Shown here piece by piece: positions 59,292 through 64,000 of a stretch of 64,000 nt of DNA. The notes below the pieces were generated by a model. The model was not told the origin of the DNA. It searched no databases and saw only the letters and a program-made list of their open reading frames with translations. Numbering within the stretch: the stretch's first letter is position 1; each line of letters starts with the position of its first letter. This DNA is from Setoptus koraiensis. Taxonomy: Eukaryota > Animalia > Arthropoda. The stretch lies in contig CM106586.1 in NCBI GenBank assembly GCA_048013815.1, positions 23,188,001-23,252,000 on the forward strand, given 5' to 3'. The translations under genes and the position numbers were made by a program.

Positions 59292-60383
59292 TTATAGATT
59301 ACTTTTGATGTTAACTAGCTGATTGAGGATTTCACCCAAGTAATCATCGCATATTTGAGTGAGCTCGGAAACATAGGATACATCTAGTGAGTTTACATCA
59401 TTCTTGCGTGCACTTCTTCTTGCCGACGATAAAAGTTTCTTTATCTTCCTTTGGATGTTGATGTTATCCAAGGTGTTTTTTACTTGTGTAGACCACACGA
59501 GGTCAGTGCTAGATGCTGCTAGGATTGTGGTGGTGGTTAAGATCCATAGACCTGTCTTGATGAGATTCATGTCGGACTTCATAGACGGCTGTAAACAGTA
59601 TTTAGCTATGTTGGTTATAATTGATGGTGTGAGTAGTCCTTTGAGTAGGTTCACCTGATCTACATTGTCTACATAATGTTGTTTGATAGATGTATTCATT
59701 AGTATACTCATGATTAGAGAGTAAAATAGTATTAACTGTTCGATATCAGACCAACCACACAGAAGGAATATTTCCTCGAATAAGGCACATGTGTTGTCTG
59801 TTAGCATAATAGTTAGAATATAACTAATAAGTGAGGGTGTCTTGCAAATCAAATCATTAAGCAGGGTAATGGAAGCTGTCCTAGTCTCATCTTGTCGAAA
59901 TAGGTCTCTTATCTTATATAGTAGGCCATGTTGTATGAGAAGTTTTAAGCAACTTGGTTGATATGATTGAATAGATCCTAATAAAACGACTGTGTCCATA
60001 TTAGTTCTTATATTTGTGTCTGAAAGTCCCTGCATGATAAGTGACCAGTTTTGTTCGAGTAATGTGGAGACTAGTTCACTGTGTTGACTGTAGTAGGATG
60101 TTGTTTTATATAACTCTGCAATAGCTTCGGAAATTAATGTTGATGAAAATCTATCTGGGCCATTTTCTTGGTTGTAGTAGTCATCTCTGCCAAGAATACT
60201 CATTTCGTGAATATCTAGAGTGTGACGTTTCTCGAGAATGTGAGATAATTTTTCGTTATGCCTGCGATTGTTGATTTTCGCCCTTTGCTTAAATCTGAAT
60301 TCATCCACATTTCTGGCTCTTTCACCTGAATATCTACTAAGTGTTTGATAAGAACAAGCTCTGACTAGTCTTGTTGTTGCCAT
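59292..60383 (-). CDS. Divergent ARM/HEAT-like helical protein with IBB-like basic N-terminus (TMCO6/importin-alpha-like), 363 aa
   Basis: Long ATG-initiated ORF in AT-rich DNA; VDEFRFKQRAKINNRRHNEKLSHILEKR resembles IBB spacing; Leu-rich helical repeats (LIQHGLLYKIRDLF..ASITLLNDLI). The CDS is well supported, the family less so. Confidence 0.55.
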   Translation of the reverse strand: MATTRLVRACSYQTLSRYSGERARNVDEFRFKQRAKINNRRHNEKLSHILEKRHTLDIHEMSILGRDDYYNQENGPDRFSSTLISEAIAELYKTTSYYSQHSELVSTLLEQNWSLIMQGLSDTNIRTNMDTVVLLGSIQSYQPSCLKLLIQHGLLYKIRDLFRQDETRTASITLLNDLICKTPSLISYILTIMLTDNTCALFEEIFLLCGWSDIEQLILFYSLIMSILMNTSIKQHYVDNVDQVNLLKGLLTPSIITNIAKYCLQPSMKSDMNLIKTGLWILTTTTILAASSTDLVWSTQVKNTLDNINIQRKIKKLLSSARRSARKNDVNSLDVSYVSELTQICDDYLGEILNQLVNIKSNL

Positions 60384-63300
60384 TGTTGATTATTGATTTG
60401 CACAACTATTGTGATGAATTTAACTGTGAATTTTCTTCGAGTTTTTGAAGGCACTTGTGGTTGATTTATTATTGTTGATATATAAGTAGTGTTTGTTGAT
60501 GTCTTGTCAAGTAGAATGCTGTTGTCGATGGTTGAAATTGTGTTCGTTTTTCTTGCAAATGTCGAATAAATGTCTTTTTGGTTGAGCAATCGATCGGCGT
60601 GAGGTTATGATGCAAATGAACAAATAGTAGGCACAGTCATTTGTTTATATACTTTGTATAGAGAATTCTTCGTCCTTGTCTTGAGGCGACCCGCCGAGGC
60701 GCCAGCTCCGTGTACTGTATGTCTACTTGGTAGTGAGTATACTTGGCGACTTTTGAGAGTCGAGAAATAGCAAGCGCCAAGTGAGTTGTCAGTAAGCAAC
60801 AGTGTTGTTGTTGTTGTTGTTGGTGTCGTCTAGTATTATGCCAGTAATGATCAGCGCCTATAATTGTAATGCTAATCCTTTGTTATTGTCCAGTTTAGAG
60901 ATAGGCATCATCATGATCATGCATTTATTGCCACCGCAGACAATTAACGATAAAGAGCGACGACAGAGACAATGCAGGACAGACGTGTAGCGGCGGCGAC
61001 AATTAAGCCACTAATCAAATCGCTTGTCAGGCGACGGGCGTCGCACAGATTAATGAGTGCGCACAAGTGTTGTGCTGCGTTGGTGGCTGTCCTCGAGCGA
61101 AAGCGTCTGGCGCCCTCTGTATTGGTGCCTTGTTATGCAGTCTGCACAATGTGTCCCTCTATTCGAATAGTAGTGAGTTGTAAGATGTGCGGAGGCGGTC
61201 TAATCTATATCATAGACATGTCAGATTGTTGTCGTCAAGATAATAGCTGTACAGATGTTTTGTTGCTTTATCGTCACTTGATACTGATCGAGTCAGTGTC
61301 GAGTCTATCTTGCTTGTCACTATGTGTAGAATGCTGCCAGAGAAATAGAGCAGCAAAAATATGGAGCCGATAGGGTTTAACAATGGAACAAGTGATCGGC
61401 TATCTAAATATTGTAATGTCTATCAATAGATGTATCGGTATGTTTGTTTTCCGCGATGTGCTACGTAACGTATGGCTAATATATGTTGCTGTTGTTTATC
61501 CTCGGCATGTGTAACTCGATATATTATGTTTACAACTATCAGGAGGGTGTGTGTGTGTGTGTAATGTAGTCAATAATTGGTGGGCACACTCAGATAATGA
61601 AAGTACAATGATTATATCCGGACTATTGTTAGATTTTGTGTTTATGAAACGGCTAACATGAAATAATATCTTATATTGATGTGATAGACGAGAGTATTTC
61701 TCCAGAGTGGAATGGAGAATGATAACAACGCCAGTGGAGAGGAAGGGAAAATTGTTTACTGACAATGTGTTGTGAGTGGTGGTGAACTGCAACATACAAA
61801 GTGAATATCGGCGGCCGATTGGCATGGACAAGCGTTTTTTAGTGGTTTGTTGATGCTGCTTTTCACTGGCAACCTCATACCCAAATACGAACTCCACTGT
61901 GAATCACAGACTCTGTGATGGCTTCTCTCTGCGACAACTCACTGTACCATAAGGCCGATTCGTAAAAAGTGCGTACTACCATACGTGAAGCCGTGTTTAC
62001 AAACGCACACAGACGCACAGTTGGCTGTGCTTGCCTGTTTGCCAGCATTACCATACAAGTCGAATTGGCCTCTGGAGCAGCACTTGACTAGTGGCACTAG
62101 CAGTCTTCACTGGTACAGCAGTCTTGTACAGCAGTGGTATTGCAGTGAAATTCTGCCACCAACTTGCAGCGCCCGTTGGTGCTGCGCAGAGGCACAAAAT
62201 GTGCGCTTTCTTAATCTGTGAGCCTCGCTCCTAACGATCCTTTGTTAGAGTGTTCTGCGTGATATCAGCGCAACGCAGGCACACGATGTTCGTTTTGGCA
62301 CATCTTGTGCATTTGAATCATTCCAAGGAGTTGTAGTGCAGCACTTGAAGCTCAAGTCTTGGACGTTTCATTCTAGCTTTTTCGAAAAGAAATCAACGAG
62401 AGAGGCGCCACACTGCTTCCTCGATGCAACACAACAGTGAGCTGAATCGTTTGCTCGGATAGTGGCGCGACTCGCGCGAGTGAACAAGTCAAAAAAGAAG
62501 AAACATCCATCGGAACAGCACTGCATTGACCGGTGTATGCTTGTGCGATCGCAACGCCTCAAGCGGAATTTCCCTGCGATGTTGTTTGCATGCAATTCCG
62601 TTGCAGAGAGCGCACACTGTACAATGGTACACGACTGTACGGTATACATGGTGAGGAACAAACAATGAAAAAGTTGTACGGAAAATGAAAAAACGAACAC
62701 ACTCACTTGGCGCCCCTTTGGTTATTTATTGTTGAATATGGAAACAGGGTGCAACAAGAGATAGACCACAAACTGGCAAGGATTTAGTTTATTATTGAAC
62801 TCTCGTTTGCATCGCGCTGTACTTTGTGTTTGCCGTTTGTGTCACATTACAGTGTAATTTCGAACGCTTGTTCTCCGCTAGAACTTGTGCCACTCTTGTC
62901 GGCAACTTACTTTGTGAGCGCCTCACCCGTCCGACACACACACCCCTCTTTTCGAGCAGCGGCTCGCGACCGACCGACTTATCTACGACACCGAATGGTC
63001 CTATCACCGACCGACGCACCGGCCTTGCGAAGGGCCGCCCGACCCGCGCACCGAATGGCCTTGCTGGACGTCCGGCCTCCGAGCTAGTTTCGAGTGCCCG
63101 AGTTCGCGAGCGAAAGGAGGAAGATCCCGACAATCCGCAATTATCGTCGTTATCATTCCATTTTGTTGGCGCTCGAGATTTGTACGCGAGCACCGGACCA
63201 TTTACAATTGCTGGCCGGATTCCAAGTAACAAGCTCGTTGAATTGCAACAAGTCCTACATGGCCCCCATGTGTACATGGCTCATGTAGTATGGGGCATCC

Positions 63301-64000
63301 AAGTGTGTTATTGGCGGCAGTACTACATGCATCACTGTTTGTGTGTGTGTCCAGTCTTTTATTATGTAATTACTGCAAATCATTGGTGTCATAAACAATG
63401 GAGCAACGGTACGGGATTAACTATATGGCTGCAAACAACACTAATTAGAATCACATGTCCGACCAACGATACAATAAACAAGTAACTTAATTGCTCACAA
63501 CATTCTAATAGCCAAAGAGCTGTCCCTAAGTACCATTGGCACAAACTCACAATCAATCACAATCATAAACAAGTGCATATTACAAGTGTCCGGCGATTCC
63601 GTGCGCGATAATCTGTTGGGTGTCGACCAACTTTTGATAAGTCGGCTCAACACACCGGCACACAGGATTCCTATGATAGCAAATCTCTTGTATGTCGATG
63701 TATACATTATCACACATTATCCATCCAGATCGACATGTTTTCGCTTGTTGGCCAAGTTGTTAACTTGTTACTACGACTGGCGAGTTGTGTTGTTAACAAC
63801 TTGTTGTTTTCTCGTATCAACTTCAATTTAAGCACGTAGCCATATCACTTATTAAGTTTAACTTGTTGCCATCGCTTCCAACCAATGTACAGCGCTAACT
63901 GATAGTTGATTACCGCCAATTGCCATTAGAAGACAAAATTTATGATCGAAACAACGCGTTTATTGTTGTCTGTCAGCGGAGCCGAGTCGGTCTCCTAAGA

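Noticed and set aside
61985-63831. Short ORFs near the right end, including a Cys-rich stretch at ~62000-62200
   Set aside because: No coherent domain or exon chain; the GC-rich patch at 62.9-63.1 kb explains the longer ORFs.

Overview
Eukaryotic, gene-dense and intron-poor animal DNA; the Halloween P450 and Abd-B homeodomain mark it as arthropod, and the compactness fits an acariform/eriophyoid-type mite (inference). About 19 protein genes are supported: GNL2, a PP2A B'' subunit (4 exons), CPT1, a helicase-only Twinkle, MCTS1, a LOTUS-repeat protein, a hemopexin-less MMP, NPEPPS, CYP315A1/shadow, an LRR receptor, a secreted Gly/Arg-rich precursor, a short PHF20-like PHD protein, Abd-B, PSMA2, Ras, NAF1, MVD, SLC25A39/40 and an IBB/ARM-like protein. 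No tRNA, rRNA, CRISPR array or intact transposon was seen. Main leads: (1) a ~1.09-kb near-identical direct repeat (NPEPPS 3' end plus intergenic DNA) brackets shadow and ends on the A of its ATG; (2) a solitary Abd-B has lost the usual pre-homeodomain Trp but carries a YPWM motif, and its intron lies inside the Trp48 codon; (3) an 11-kb non-coding block downstream of Abd-B holds clustered TTTTACGA(CC) posterior-Hox/Caudal-type sites, an exact 16-bp-period array and a miRNA-like hairpin; (4) several conserved proteins appear domain-truncated. All exon structures, motif counts and family calls were made by eye, without database searches.
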